From NCBI GenBank assembly GCA_963707025.1, contig CAVPOM010000004.1:224001-288000 (forward strand): 64,000 bases of DNA, in the 5' to 3' direction. Below, piece by piece: positions 37,779 to 47,949 of the stretch. The notes beneath the pieces were generated by a model, which saw only the letters and a program-made list of their open reading frames with translations, was not told the DNA's origin and searched no databases. The first letter of the stretch is position 1, and each line of letters starts with the position of its first letter. This stretch comes from an uncultured Verrucomicrobiae bacterium. GTDB taxonomy: Bacteria; Verrucomicrobiota; Verrucomicrobiia; Limisphaerales; Palsa-1400. A program made the position numbers and the translations under genes.

Positions 37779-38009
37779 TCATTTGAACGGAAGGCCATGC
37801 CGCTGCGGTGACGGGAATGGAGCCGGACAGGCCGAGAACAGTTTAACCAAGCCAACGGCTCCGCGGCGTGTGGCCGGTTTTGGGGTCAGCACAATGCTGT
37901 TTTTGCCGTCGCGCATGGGCCGGACTTCAAGCAGCCCTCCGCGCGACAAGCCGGAGACATCCCGCCACCATTTGGGCAGCGTGATTTGCCCCGCTTTAGA
38001 AACCGTCAT
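37779..38009 (-). CDS. AbrB/MazE/SpoVT-family DNA-binding protein (orphan antitoxin-like)
   Basis: [21 protein letters not shown]...IVLTP. Confidence 0.75.
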   Translation of the reverse strand: MTVSKAGQITLPKWWRDVSGLSRGGLLEVRPMRDGKNSIVLTPKPATRRGAVGLVKLFSACPAPFPSPQRHGLPFK

Positions 38010-38921
38010 GGTGTCGAGAGCTTTCACACATTGAGGATTCCTTAAAAGGGGGCATCTGCCAACCTGGAGAATTGGTTTTACAGCGGCGGGCATAGACCGC
38101 CGCTACAAAGACAGAGCTAACTGCAGCCGCTGTTATCCTGTATAGAGGACATACTTGTATGTGTAAGTGCCACAGCCGCAGGCATATAGGATAAGTAAAA
38201 CATACTTTTTCTCAACGGTTTTAGAGTGATCGTCATTCTTTGGCTGATTATAGGGCGATCTATGATTCTGCACAAGTTCTAAGCATCGCCAAGGCCTTTT
38301 CCGAGAACATATGCATTTCGGTCCCTGGTTGGAAAAGAGCCGTTGGCCCTTGGTGGACCAAAACATGTGCAGGGACCTCGGGGATCATGTGCCCAGAGTC
38401 GTCAATGACGACGGGGCAATAACCCAAGCCTTGCCATTTTACTGTTAGAACTAGTGCCATAATATTTTTCTTGATGCCAACTACAAAATTCTTGTATTCA
38501 CCTTACATAGCTACAAAAGCGGCCATTTTGTTCCCGCTTTCTTCATACCTGCCAAATTGCCCCGGCTTTTTCCAAATTTGCCAGATCCGACGCAACGCTT
38601 GAGGCGGAGATCAATCCCCTCACCTATGTATTGCTAGTCAGAGGGGTAAAATGTCGGAAACAAAATGGCCCGACAGCCGCTTTTTTTATTGTAGGCTCCC
38701 GCCACATTGGGGATTTCGTTCCTGACGGGCCACAAACCCATAAAGCACCCCGCACCTGTGGTGGAAGTAGGAAAAAAGTTCCCATCCCCCCTTAACGAAC
38801 TCCATTCAATGCTAAACCGCACAATTCTCATCCCTATTTTTATCGTTCCTGGGGCCAAAAATTGCAATTTCCGCAGGGCGACAGGCCCACATGCAACGTT
38901 GTCGCATAGGAAAACGACTAA

Positions 38922-38937
38922 TTGGCATGGTTCATGC
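38922..38937 (+). promoter_or_regulatory. Putative sigma54 promoter
   Basis: TTGGCATGGTTCATGC (GG-N10-GC), 35 nt before the ATG at 38973. Confidence 0.5.
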
Positions 38938-38972
38938 GAAAGGTACAAAACCTGCTACGCAATTAGGTTGAA

Positions 38973-39482
38973 ATGCCTGGCGAACAGACCAAACGGGCCA
39001 CAAGACGGGTATCAAGTCGTCCCTGGCGGCGTGCCGTGCTCCAAGCGCCGGGGGTTTGGAGGATACTTTACGATTATGCGCGGAAGATAATCCGTGAGCG
39101 GGCCCATGAGAAGGAATTCCCAGAATCAATAGCTGGACACCTCCAAGAACTTTGTCTGTGCGTTGCGGACCCTCGTTTAATGTGCACCGACGGGCGCGAG
39201 AGCGAAATCTACCGGTTCACCTTCGCACGGGCATTCATGCCTGAACCCGAGCTGTTCCTGGAGTTCCTGAACGAACTCGTCCGGTTTCGCCGCCGATTGA
39301 ACCTGATTGTGCTTGCCTTGACAGACTACCCAGAGATCAGCTACATGGATAATCACGGAAAAATTGTTATCAAGGACGTGAACACCGCCGAGAACAAAGA
39401 AATCGTCTATTTCATAAAGGAGGAATTTGGAACAGAACGTCACCGACGTAGCAGTAGCCAGGGCTCGGCAGCGCCTGTCTGA
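38973..39482 (+). CDS. Hypothetical protein (169 aa) in a low-GC islet
   Basis: Protein-like composition, sigma54-like site upstream, converges on the nrdJ terminator. Confidence 0.55.
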   Translation: MPGEQTKRATRRVSSRPWRRAVLQAPGVWRILYDYARKIIRERAHEKEFPESIAGHLQELCLCVADPRLMCTDGRESEIYRFTFARAFMPEPELFLEFLNELVRFRRRLNLIVLALTDYPEISYMDNHGKIVIKDVNTAENKEIVYFIKEEFGTERHRRSSSQGSAAPV

Positions 39483-39542
39483 GAAGGAACGGCGGCGTGG
39501 AGCCAGTAAAAGTATGCCGCTTAGTGCGAAGGCAAAACCGAC

Positions 39543-39580
39543 AAAAAAGTAGGCCCGGAACGTCAGTTCCAGGCCTCTTT
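39543..39580. terminator. Intrinsic terminator downstream of nrdJ (possibly bidirectional)
   Basis: AAAAAAGT-AGGCCCGGAAC-GTCA-GTTCCAGGCCT-CTTT. Confidence 0.65.
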
Positions 39581-39604
39581 GCTATGAATAAGTTGTAAAA
39601 GTTA

Positions 39605-42600
39605 TCAGGAGCAACCGAGGCTTTCGCCGCAGTTGAGGCACTTGAAGCAGGCGCCGTTGCGCACGGCGACGTGGCCGCACTTGGGACAGGTGGGGGCGTC
39701 TTGCTGGAAATGGGCCAAGCTCTGGCTCAAGGGATCCATCGTGCGGCCGGAGGGCGGAGCTTGGGGATGACCGCCGTCATGGCCGTTGCCATTGCCCCGG
39801 TCTTTGGGTTGCAGACCGCGGCCGGGGGCAAGCAGGAGGTCGGTGTCGTCGGCAATCGGCAGGTCAGGGACGGGGCGGTTCAATTTTTTTTTGACCTCTT
39901 GTTCCAGGCCGGGCATGTGCATTTCGGTTTGGGCGCGCGCGCCGCCGTTGGCCTCGGCATAGCCGGGAACAAACTGGTAGCCCAGCCAGCGGAAGACATA
40001 ATCAATGATGGAGGAGGCGTTGCGGATGTCGGGATTTTTGGTGAAGCCGGAAGGCTCGAAGCGCTGATGGGCGAACTTTTTGATAAGGGCCTCGAGAGGC
40101 ACGCCGTATTGCAAGGCCAGGCTGGTCAGGGTGCCAATGCTGTCCATCAGACCGCCGATGGTGGAACCCTCCTTGGCCATGGTGATAAACAATTCGCCGG
40201 GCTGGCCGTCGCCGAACAGGCCGACGGTGAGGTAGCCTTCGTGGCCGGCAATGTCAAATTTATGAGTGACAGCGGTGCGGGTGTCGGGGAGGCGGCGGCG
40301 GAGGGGCTGGCCGGTCTGGGCCTGGAGTTTGCCGAGCTGGGCTTCCAAATCCTTGAGGTGGGCGGCGGCGGCTTCGGGGGCGCCTTCGTTGGTTTTTTGG
40401 GTGTTGAGGGGCTGGGAGCGTTTGGAGCCGTCGCGGTAAATGGCGACGCATTTGAGGCCCATTTTCCAGGCCTGGATGAAGGCGTCCTGGATGTCCTGGA
40501 CGGTGCAGTTGTGCGGGAGGTTGACGGTCTTGGAAATGGCGCCGCTGATGAAGGGCTGGGCGGCGGCCATCATTTTCAGGTGGGCCTGGTAGCTGATGCT
40601 GCGCTGGCCGCGAAAGGCCTTGAAGGCGCAATCGAAGACGGGGAGGTGCTCCGGCTTGAGGCCGGAGGGGATGGCGGCGCCGTTTTCCTGGACGTCCTCG
40701 ATGGTGTCGAAGCGGGCGACATGGGCGATGATGGCGGCGATTTCCGGTTCGGCGTAGTGGAGGCGGCGGAGGGCGTCGGCCACGCCGCGGTTGACGATTT
40801 TGAGGCTGCCGCCGCCCGCGAGCAATTTATACTTTACAAGGGCGATGTCCGGCTCCACGCCGGTGGTGTCGCAATCCATGAGGAAGGCGATGGTGCCGGT
40901 GGGGGCGAGCACGGTGACCTGGGCGTTGCGGCAGCCGGATTGCCGGGCGCGCTCCAGGGCGCGGCTCCAGGTCAGGCGGGCCTCGTCCTTGAGATAGGCG
41001 AATTCGCTGCTGGGATGAATGTCTTCGACGGCCTGGCGGTGCAATTGAATGACGTCCAGAGTGGAGGCGATGTTGTCGGGGCCGAGAGGCTGGGGGACAT
41101 GGGCGCAACGGGCGTCGCGGTAGCCTTGGAAGGGTCCCATGAGGGAGGCGATGCGGGCGGATTGCTCGTAGGCGTGGCTGGTCATGATGGCGGTGACGGC
41201 GCCGGCCAGGGCGCGGCCTTCGTCGGAATCATAGGGCAGGCCGTAGCTCATGATGAGGGATCCCAGGTTGGCATAGCCCAGGCCGAGGGTGCGGAAGAGG
41301 TGGGAGTTTTCGGCGATTTCCTTGGTGGGATAGCTGGCATTGTCAACAAGAATTTCCTGGGCGGTGATGAAAAGGCGCACGGCCGCCTTGAAGCGCCCGA
41401 TGTCGAACCGGCCGTCGTCGCGCTTGAACTTGAGCAGATTGAGGGAGGCCAGATTGCAGGCGGTGTTGTTGAGAAAGACGTATTCGGAGCAGGGATTGGT
41501 GGAATGGATCGGCTCGGTGCATTTGCAGGTGTGCCATTTTTGGATGGCGCCGTCATACTGCAAGCCGGGATCGCCGCAGGTCCAGGCGCCTTCGGCGATT
41601 TTGCGCAGGAGGGTGGCGGCGTCCTTTTTCTGGAGGGGAGCGCCGTCGGTGACGCGGCGGGTCCACCATTCCCGGCCTTCGATGGCGGCCTGCATGAATT
41701 GGTCGGTGACGCGGACGGAGAGGTTTTCGTTTTGGTACATGACGCTGCCGTAGGCATCGCCATTGTAAGAGCCATCGTAGCCTTGTTCGATCAAGGCCCA
41801 GGCTTTCTTTTCCTCGATTTGCTTGGCGTCAATGAATTCTTCGATGTCGCCGTGCCAGTCGCGCAGGGTGTTCATCTTGGCGGCGCGGCGGGTTTTGCCG
41901 CCGGACTTGACGACGCTGGCAACCTGGTCATAAACCCGGAGAAAAGAAAGGGGACCGCTGGGGTGGCCGCCGCCGCTGAGTTTTTCCCTGCCGGACCGGA
42001 TGGGGGTGAGGTCGGTGCCGGTGCCGGAGCCGTATTTGAAGAGCATGGCCTCGCTGTGGGCCAGATGCATGATGCTCTCCATGTTGTCCTCCACCGATTG
42101 GATGAAGCAGGCGCTGCCCTGGGGATATTCGTATTGGGTGCGGGCGCGTTCGGCCGCGCCGGTCTGCCGATTGGTGAACCAGCCGCCGCGGGAGGAGGAT
42201 TGGCCGACGCGGTATTGATGGAACAGGCCGACGTTGAACCAAACCGGGGAATTGAACGCGCCGTATTGGTTGAGGCACAGCCAGGCCAGTTCCTCGTAAA
42301 ACACCTCGCCGCCCGCCTGGTCGAAATAGCCGTCGCGCACGCCCCAATCGGCCAGGGTGCGGCAGACCCGGTGGATAAGCTGGCGGACGGAGGTTTCCCG
42401 TTCGCCGGTGTGCTGTTCGCCGTAAAAGTACTTGGAGACGACGACCTTGGTGGCCAGCTCGGACCAGGACTTGGGGACCTCGACGTTCTCTTGTCGGAAA
42501 ATGACCTTGCCGGTGTCGTCGGTGATTTCCGCGGTGCGCCTGTCCCATTCGATTTGGTCGAAGGGCTTGAGGTTGGGGTCGCTGAAAACCCGTTCCAAGG

Positions 42601-42706
42601 GAAGGGATTGGGCGGAGGCGGCCGGGCGGGGGACGGAGGCGGCATCGGGGCGCCGGGAGTCTTGAGTTTTGACAGGAGATTGGGTTTGATCAGGTGCAAC
42701 CATCAT
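39605..42706 (-). CDS. nrdJ: Vitamin B12-dependent (class II) ribonucleotide reductase
   Basis: FNSPVWFN, SACFI, GGKTRRAAKM, TNPCSEY, APTGTI, AIYRDGSK, C-terminal CPKCG..CLNCG. Confidence 0.96.
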   Translation of the reverse strand: MMVAPDQTQSPVKTQDSRRPDAASVPRPAASAQSLPLERVFSDPNLKPFDQIEWDRRTAEITDDTGKVIFRQENVEVPKSWSELATKVVVSKYFYGEQHTGERETSVRQLIHRVCRTLADWGVRDGYFDQAGGEVFYEELAWLCLNQYGAFNSPVWFNVGLFHQYRVGQSSSRGGWFTNRQTGAAERARTQYEYPQGSACFIQSVEDNMESIMHLAHSEAMLFKYGSGTGTDLTPIRSGREKLSGGGHPSGPLSFLRVYDQVASVVKSGGKTRRAAKMNTLRDWHGDIEEFIDAKQIEEKKAWALIEQGYDGSYNGDAYGSVMYQNENLSVRVTDQFMQAAIEGREWWTRRVTDGAPLQKKDAATLLRKIAEGAWTCGDPGLQYDGAIQKWHTCKCTEPIHSTNPCSEYVFLNNTACNLASLNLLKFKRDDGRFDIGRFKAAVRLFITAQEILVDNASYPTKEIAENSHLFRTLGLGYANLGSLIMSYGLPYDSDEGRALAGAVTAIMTSHAYEQSARIASLMGPFQGYRDARCAHVPQPLGPDNIASTLDVIQLHRQAVEDIHPSSEFAYLKDEARLTWSRALERARQSGCRNAQVTVLAPTGTIAFLMDCDTTGVEPDIALVKYKLLAGGGSLKIVNRGVADALRRLHYAEPEIAAIIAHVARFDTIEDVQENGAAIPSGLKPEHLPVFDCAFKAFRGQRSISYQAHLKMMAAAQPFISGAISKTVNLPHNCTVQDIQDAFIQAWKMGLKCVAIYRDGSKRSQPLNTQKTNEGAPEAAAAHLKDLEAQLGKLQAQTGQPLRRRLPDTRTAVTHKFDIAGHEGYLTVGLFGDGQPGELFITMAKEGSTIGGLMDSIGTLTSLALQYGVPLEALIKKFAHQRFEPSGFTKNPDIRNASSIIDYVFRWLGYQFVPGYAEANGGARAQTEMHMPGLEQEVKKKLNRPVPDLPIADDTDLLLAPGRGLQPKDRGNGNGHDGGHPQAPPSGRTMDPLSQSLAHFQQDAPTCPKCGHVAVRNGACFKCLNCGESLGCS

Positions 42707-42827
42707 AAGCCAGCGTTCTAGTTAATTGTTTATCCCAAGTTTTTAAATGTCGCACGATTTTTACAATCGGCCAAGTGCCACTCTTTTTATTACAGACAGC
42801 CTTCGGCAGCAAAAGGCTGGCAGCAGC

Positions 42828-42873
42828 CCACATATAGTGGGGGTGAGGTGCAGTTTAGCCCCACATATGGTGG
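42828..42873 (-). promoter_or_regulatory. Tandem NrdR boxes overlapping the putative nrdJ promoter
   Basis: CCACATATAGTGG (42828-42840) and CCACATATGGTGG (42861-42873). Minus-strand TTGCAA-N16-TAAACT spans the second box. Confidence 0.75.
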
Positions 42874-43574
42874 TTGCAAGCATTTTCTTGAAAAAAGTTA
42901 TCGCCGGGTTTTTCCCAGCAGAAACCGGCCGTTGGGCTTGCGGGAGAGGACATTGGGCGGGTTGGTGAACAGGTTCTTCCTGGCGATGTGAATAACTCCG
43001 CCCCCCCCCTGGCCCATAAAAAACACCTTGATTTGGCTTGATTGCCTTGATCGGTAGTGCTCGTTCTTTTTGAATGTAAGATGTTGAAGGAAAACAGCTT
43101 GTGTATAAATTGCAGCGAATAATGGGCTTGATTGGCGAATTTCGGCATTGGCAGGCGTGCCAGGCGGCCATTTATTGCCATTTCGGTCATTACGGCGGAG
43201 CAATCTGGAAATGAGGCGCAAAGGAGCGCAAAGAACACAGGGAAGATCATGCGAGGTCAATCTTTCTGCTCCGGGAAGTGGCCGCGCGCGCCGCGGCCGG
43301 GTGGGCGCCTCCACCCGCACGCCACCCCTGACTGTTCCGGCGTTTCTCACGCTGGTAATTGAGCCATAGGTTCTAATTTTTGTCAAGGCCGGTTTCGTTG
43401 GCTGCGGGAAATGTCCTTGCCGGGCTTTTGGCGTGCCAGAAACTCACTGGGGATTGGGGTGATGTACCGATCGGCCGGCGCGGTTGACAACGGGCGGCGG
43501 GCGTGGCATGGTTTCGCCGTCGTTAGTGGCAGAGACGTTTTACGTGGAAAAAATAACAGCGAACACGAATTCCC

Positions 43575-43994
43575 ATGACCAGCACACTCGTTCAACCGTA
43601 TTTATTCTTCGGGGGCCGCTGCGAAGAGGCGCTCGAATTCTACCGCGCCGCTCTGGGCGCGCAGGTGGATTTTCTCATGCGCTACAAGGAAAGTCCGGAA
43701 CCGACTCCTCCCGGCATGCTGCCGGCGGGCTTTGAGAACAAAGTCATGCACAGCACCTTCCGCATCGGCGGAACCACGCTAATGGCTTCCGACGGATGCG
43801 AGGCCGGACCGCGCTTCGAGGGCTTTTCGCTCTCGCTGGCCGTGCCGACGGAGGCGGAGGCGGATCGCGTCTTCGCGGCTCTGGCCAAAGGCGGCCAGGT
43901 GAAGATGGCTCTGGCCAAGACGTTTTGGTCACCGCGCTTCGGCATGCTGACGGACCGCTTCGGGATCGGCTGGATGGTCAGTGTGGCGGCTTAA
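43575..43994 (+). CDS. VOC/PhnB-like protein
   Basis: [43 protein letters not shown]. Confidence 0.9.
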   Translation: MTSTLVQPYLFFGGRCEEALEFYRAALGAQVDFLMRYKESPEPTPPGMLPAGFENKVMHSTFRIGGTTLMASDGCEAGPRFEGFSLSLAVPTEAEADRVFAALAKGGQVKMALAKTFWSPRFGMLTDRFGIGWMVSVAA

Positions 43995-45575
43995 CGCCGG
44001 GCTTTGGGACGGCGGGCGTGGGAGCGGCGGAACCGGCCGGCGGAAGCGCGGTCGCGAGCGTGGCGGGCGGAGCGGGCGGGCGGGCGAGCGGACGTGGAGG
44101 TGGATTTCTTGAGCTTGGGACGCTCGCGCTCGGGGCTTTGTTCCCGCTCGCGGGCGCGCAGGACAATGGGGCAGCCTTCGTAGCCGAAGGCGGCGCGCAT
44201 TTGGTTGGAGAGGTATTTTTTTGTACTGGCCGGAGAACAAGTTTTCCTTGTTGACAAAGAGGAGAAAGACGGGCGGGGACGGGTTGACCTGGGTGGCGTA
44301 GAAGAATTTCAAACGATGCCCGGCCGCGCTGGCCGGCTGGCGGCGCTCGATGGCGTCCTGCAGGGTCCGGTTCAAAATGCCGGTGGGAATCTTCTGGCGC
44401 AGTTGGGCGGTGACGTAACGGATGGATTCGAGCAGGCGATCCAGATGAAAGCCGGTTTTGGCGGAGGTGAAAATGACCGGGGCGTAATCGAGGAAGAAAA
44501 GCTGCTCCTGCACCCAGCCGCCAAATTCGCCCAGGGTGAGGGGCGGGGCGTCCTGGCCCTCACGGCGATGAGTGCGGCGCTTTTCCTCGCGGTGGGCCTC
44601 CTTGCGGGCGGCGTCCACCTCCGGGCCGATCAGGTCCCATTTGTTGACAACGATGAGGCAGGCCTTGTTCCGCTCCACGATTTTCCCCGCGACTTTTTTG
44701 TCCTGGGAAGTCACGCCGGCCTGGGCGTCAATCATCAGGACGGCGATGTCGCAGCGGGCGATGGAATCCTCGGTGCGTTTGACGCTGAAGTACTCGACCG
44801 AATCGTCAATGCGCCGCTCCTGCCGGACGCCGGCGGTGTCAATGAGAATATAGTCCTGGCGCGCGCCGTCCGTTTCGACGGAGAAGGGCACGTCCACCGC
44901 GTCGCGCGTGGTGCCGGGGATGGGGGTGACGATGACGCGTTTGGAGTGGGTCAGCGCGTTGATGAGGGAGGACTTGCCGACGTTGGGCCGGCCGATAATG
45001 GCCAGCTTGAGAGGGGGAACGGGGGGCGGCGCGCCCGGGGTTTCCGGGGCGGAAGCGGTTTCCTTGGGCAGGAGCGCGACGGCGGCGTCCATGAGGTTGC
45101 TGATGCCGCGCTGGTGGATGGCGCTGACGGGGAAATTTTGGGCAAAGCCCAGTTCGGTGAACACGTCCGCGGCGGCTTCGGACTGGTCGTTGTCGGCCTT
45201 GTTGATGGCGACGAGGACCGGTTTGCCCGCCCGGCGCAAGCGCTGGGCGACTTCGCGGTCCAAGGGGACGACGCCTTCCTGCAAATTGACGACGAGGAGA
45301 ATGACGGTGGCGGATGCAATGGCCAGTTCGACTTGCTCGAAGGCGGCCTGGACGATGACATCGCGGGCTTTTTCGCCGCGCAACAGGCCCAGACCGCCGG
45401 TGTCCACCAGGGTGAAGGAGCGTCCGTTCCACTCGGCCTGGACGCTGATGCGGTCGCGCGTCACGCCCGGCTCGTCGTGGACGATGGCGATGCGGCGGCC
45501 GGCGATGCGATTGAACAGGGCCGACTTGCCGACGTTGGGCCGGCCGACAATGGCGATGAGATTGGGGGAAGCCAT
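43991..45575 (-). CDS. der: Ribosome biogenesis GTPase Der (EngA), apparent single extra base in an A7 run at 44216-44222
   Basis: Two G domains (GRPNVGKS twice, DTGG/DTAG, NKAD/NKWD). The KH-like tail continues as [19 protein letters not shown] in another frame. Confidence 0.93.
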
Positions 45576-45663
45576 GGGGGAGGATAGAGCGGGGCGGGGG
45601 GCGTGGCACGAACTAATGTCAAGGGTGGCGGCGGAGGGGTGCATTTCAGATTTTTGGGTTCCC

Positions 45664-45748
45664 CTCTTAATCTTGCTCCTAATCTTAATCCTAATCCCAT
45701 CGCCCTCCCGCATTCGGATTAAGAGCAAGATTAAGATTACGATTAAGA
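45664..45748. repeat. Inverted array of 6-bp TAATC(T/C)/(A/G)GATTA units
   Basis: CTCTTAATCTTGCTCCTAATCTTAATCCTAATCC...GGATTAAGAGCAAGATTAAGATTACGATTAAG. Confidence 0.7.
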
Positions 45749-45862
45749 AAGAAGACCCCAAAATGCGAAATGCGCCCCCGGAGGAGGGGCGCATCTTGAC
45801 ACTGCTACCGGAGTCAGGCGCAAGAAGGCTACAGGAGTGCGCCCGTCCTCGGGGAATGGCGC

Positions 45863-47350
45863 TTAAATAAGGGAAGCCTTTCTTTTGGCCCGGGCCAGAC
45901 GGCGGCGTTTATTGCGGCTCCAGGGCTGGCGGTATTGATGCCGCGATTTGTTCAAATGGGGGTATTTGGATCGTTTCTTGACAGCGCGCGGCTCCGCTCT
46001 TCCCGGACGCCTGGGCACCAGATCGGTCGCCAGCCTTCGGAGCAGCCGCTGCCATAATTGGCGGCGCCGTCCCCCTTTGTTCCGGGCGTGTCCGAGTTGT
46101 GCCAGTGCCTGCGTCCATTGCCGGAAGGCGTCCAGGCTGCCTTTGAAACTGATCCGATCCAAGTCCACGTTCTGGCTTTGCGCGGCTTCGGCCATGATCC
46201 AGCGCAGGAAATTATGGGCGGTGAGGAAGAGCAGGAGTTCTTTCTCCACCATGCGGGGACAGAGGCAATGCAGGCTCTGCATGCCCAGGGTGGTTTTGAG
46301 ATCGTCCAGGCACAGTTCCATGCGCCAGCGCCGGGCATAAGCGGCCGCCAGTTCCTCCGCTGGAAAAAGCGCCGCATCCAACAGGGTCGTGACCAGGGTC
46401 AGGTGGCGGGTGCGGAAGCCGGCCCGGCTCAGGCGCGCGCGCAGCACCCGCACCGTGATCTGCGGCGGCAGTCCGAGCCATTCCAGGAACGAAAGCAGGG
46501 GCGAAGGCCGGCCGGGTTTGGACCAGGTAAAGAGCGCGTCCCAGTGACCCAGGCGTTGGCGGGCCTGGCGGAAATCCACCTTGCGGTTGCGCACGGAGAC
46601 CCGCGCGAGCAAATCCACGCCCAGGAGTTGGAGGACGGCGGCGATAATATAAACCCCATAGGCGCGGTCGCCCAAGAGGATGTCGCCGGGGTGCAAAGCC
46701 GAGCGCAAGCCGTGGAGAAACAGAGCCAGTTCGGAGGAGCGCAGGCTGCCGGTGGCTTTGGCCAAAAGGGCGCCGCTGGCGGCGGAGAACAGAGCCACCA
46801 CGCGCAGGTGGGGAAAGCCGCCGCCGGGCTGCAGGCTTTGGCTGGGGGGAAAGGCCGCCCGATTGGCCGGGGTGTCGGGCAGGTGGGTGCCGCTGCCATC
46901 GACCGCTTTCAACGGGCGGCCCTGTAGCAGCGTACTGGCCGGGGCGCGCTTTTCGGCGCTGTCGGCGCTGGCCGCGAAGGCTTGCTCCAGCAAGGCCAGG
47001 GGGAGTTTGGCGCGGGCCTGGCAATAGGCGCTGCTGTCCGGCTCCGGTTCCGGGCCTTGGACCAAGGCCAGCAGGGCCTGCACCTGAAGGACGACGTGGC
47101 GGCAGGAAGTGTTGGCTTGGAAGACTGGCCAGACCCAGCACCACCAGGTGCGAACCAGAGTGTAAACCTGCTCGCGGGAGTAGTCGCCGGCGGCCGGTTT
47201 TCGCAGGAGGTCGGTGGGCAAGGCGGGAGCCAGGCGGTCCTCGATCTGACTCAAGGTGGCGTGACGGAGGCGCGCCAGGCTGTGGGCACAGCGGCGGCCC
47301 GCCGCCGCCAGACGGGGCCGCCAGGCCGGGAAGAAGGGGGTGTCGGGCAT
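45863..47350 (-). CDS. IS4-family DDE transposase (copy 2)
   Basis: Protein identical to 6330-7817. Confidence 0.95.
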   Translation of the reverse strand: MPDTPFFPAWRPRLAAAGRRCAHSLARLRHATLSQIEDRLAPALPTDLLRKPAAGDYSREQVYTLVRTWWCWVWPVFQANTSCRHVVLQVQALLALVQGPEPEPDSSAYCQARAKLPLALLEQAFAASADSAEKRAPASTLLQGRPLKAVDGSGTHLPDTPANRAAFPPSQSLQPGGGFPHLRVVALFSAASGALLAKATGSLRSSELALFLHGLRSALHPGDILLGDRAYGVYIIAAVLQLLGVDLLARVSVRNRKVDFRQARQRLGHWDALFTWSKPGRPSPLLSFLEWLGLPPQITVRVLRARLSRAGFRTRHLTLVTTLLDAALFPAEELAAAYARRWRMELCLDDLKTTLGMQSLHCLCPRMVEKELLLFLTAHNFLRWIMAEAAQSQNVDLDRISFKGSLDAFRQWTQALAQLGHARNKGGRRRQLWQRLLRRLATDLVPRRPGRAEPRAVKKRSKYPHLNKSRHQYRQPWSRNKRRRLARAKRKASLI

Positions 47351-47399
47351 AAGGCGGTATATATACCGCCTTATTGACACGTCTGCTACTCTTTTCTTT

Positions 47400-47747
47400 A
47401 TGCCGACTCACAAAACAACCCGGCCAGCCCAATGGCAGGCCCAATACGCCCAATTACGCGACCGGCTGGCCAGAACCGGCTGGATCAGCGAGGGCTACGT
47501 GCAAGACCGCGGCCCCGGAGCAGGCGGCCCTTGTTATCAGTGGACCCGCAAGGTCAAAGGCAAAACGGTCAGTGTCGCTCTCTCCAAAGAACAATATGAG
47601 TGGCTCCATGACGCCATTGCCGAGTGGCGGGAGGTGCAAGCCACCATCAAAGCCATGCAACGCTTGAGCCGTCAAGTCTTGTTTGAAACCATCCCGCATC
47701 CCCCGCGTCGTAAGAGGCTGGGTAAGAAAGTTTTAGGTCTTATTTAA
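47400..47747 (+). CDS. IS passenger protein, DUF6788-like (copy 2)
   Basis: Protein identical to 5933-6280. Confidence 0.75.
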   Translation: MPTHKTTRPAQWQAQYAQLRDRLARTGWISEGYVQDRGPGAGGPCYQWTRKVKGKTVSVALSKEQYEWLHDAIAEWREVQATIKAMQRLSRQVLFETIPHPPRRKRLGKKVLGLI

Positions 47748-47949
47748 GCGCCATTCCCCGTCCTCGGGCGCAGCAGCGTGGGAAGCATGGGGCGCCGGTG
47801 ATCTTTCTGCGCACCCAAAGAATCCCCGGCTTGCTGCGGCCGGGGACGGCCGCACTCCGCCAGCAGCAGCGTCAAGCTGCGCCGCCGGTGGAGCGGGGCA
47901 AATGTTCCGCATTGCTTCCCGGACGATTTTGGGATAGGACACCAAAACC

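Larger units (their letters stand above)
45854..47756 (-). mobile_element. IS4-family insertion sequence, copy 2 (inverted relative to copy 1)
   Basis: Same TIRs; direct repeat CCCGTCCTCGGG at 45842-45853 and 47757-47768. Proteins identical to copy 1; two synonymous differences seen. Confidence 0.93.

Noticed and set aside
39605..42706. Intein in the ribonucleotide reductase
   Set aside because: Motifs are contiguous and no intein or LAGLIDADG blocks were seen.
42720..43570. Cobalamin riboswitch upstream of nrdJ
   Set aside because: No recognisable B12-box or core motif by eye; NrdR boxes explain the regulation. An Rfam scan would settle it.
5924..47756. Composite transposon or inversion bounded by the two inverted IS4 copies
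   Set aside because: Each copy has its own intact direct repeat and colinear host-repeat flanks, and the interval holds core genes, so two independent insertions explain it.
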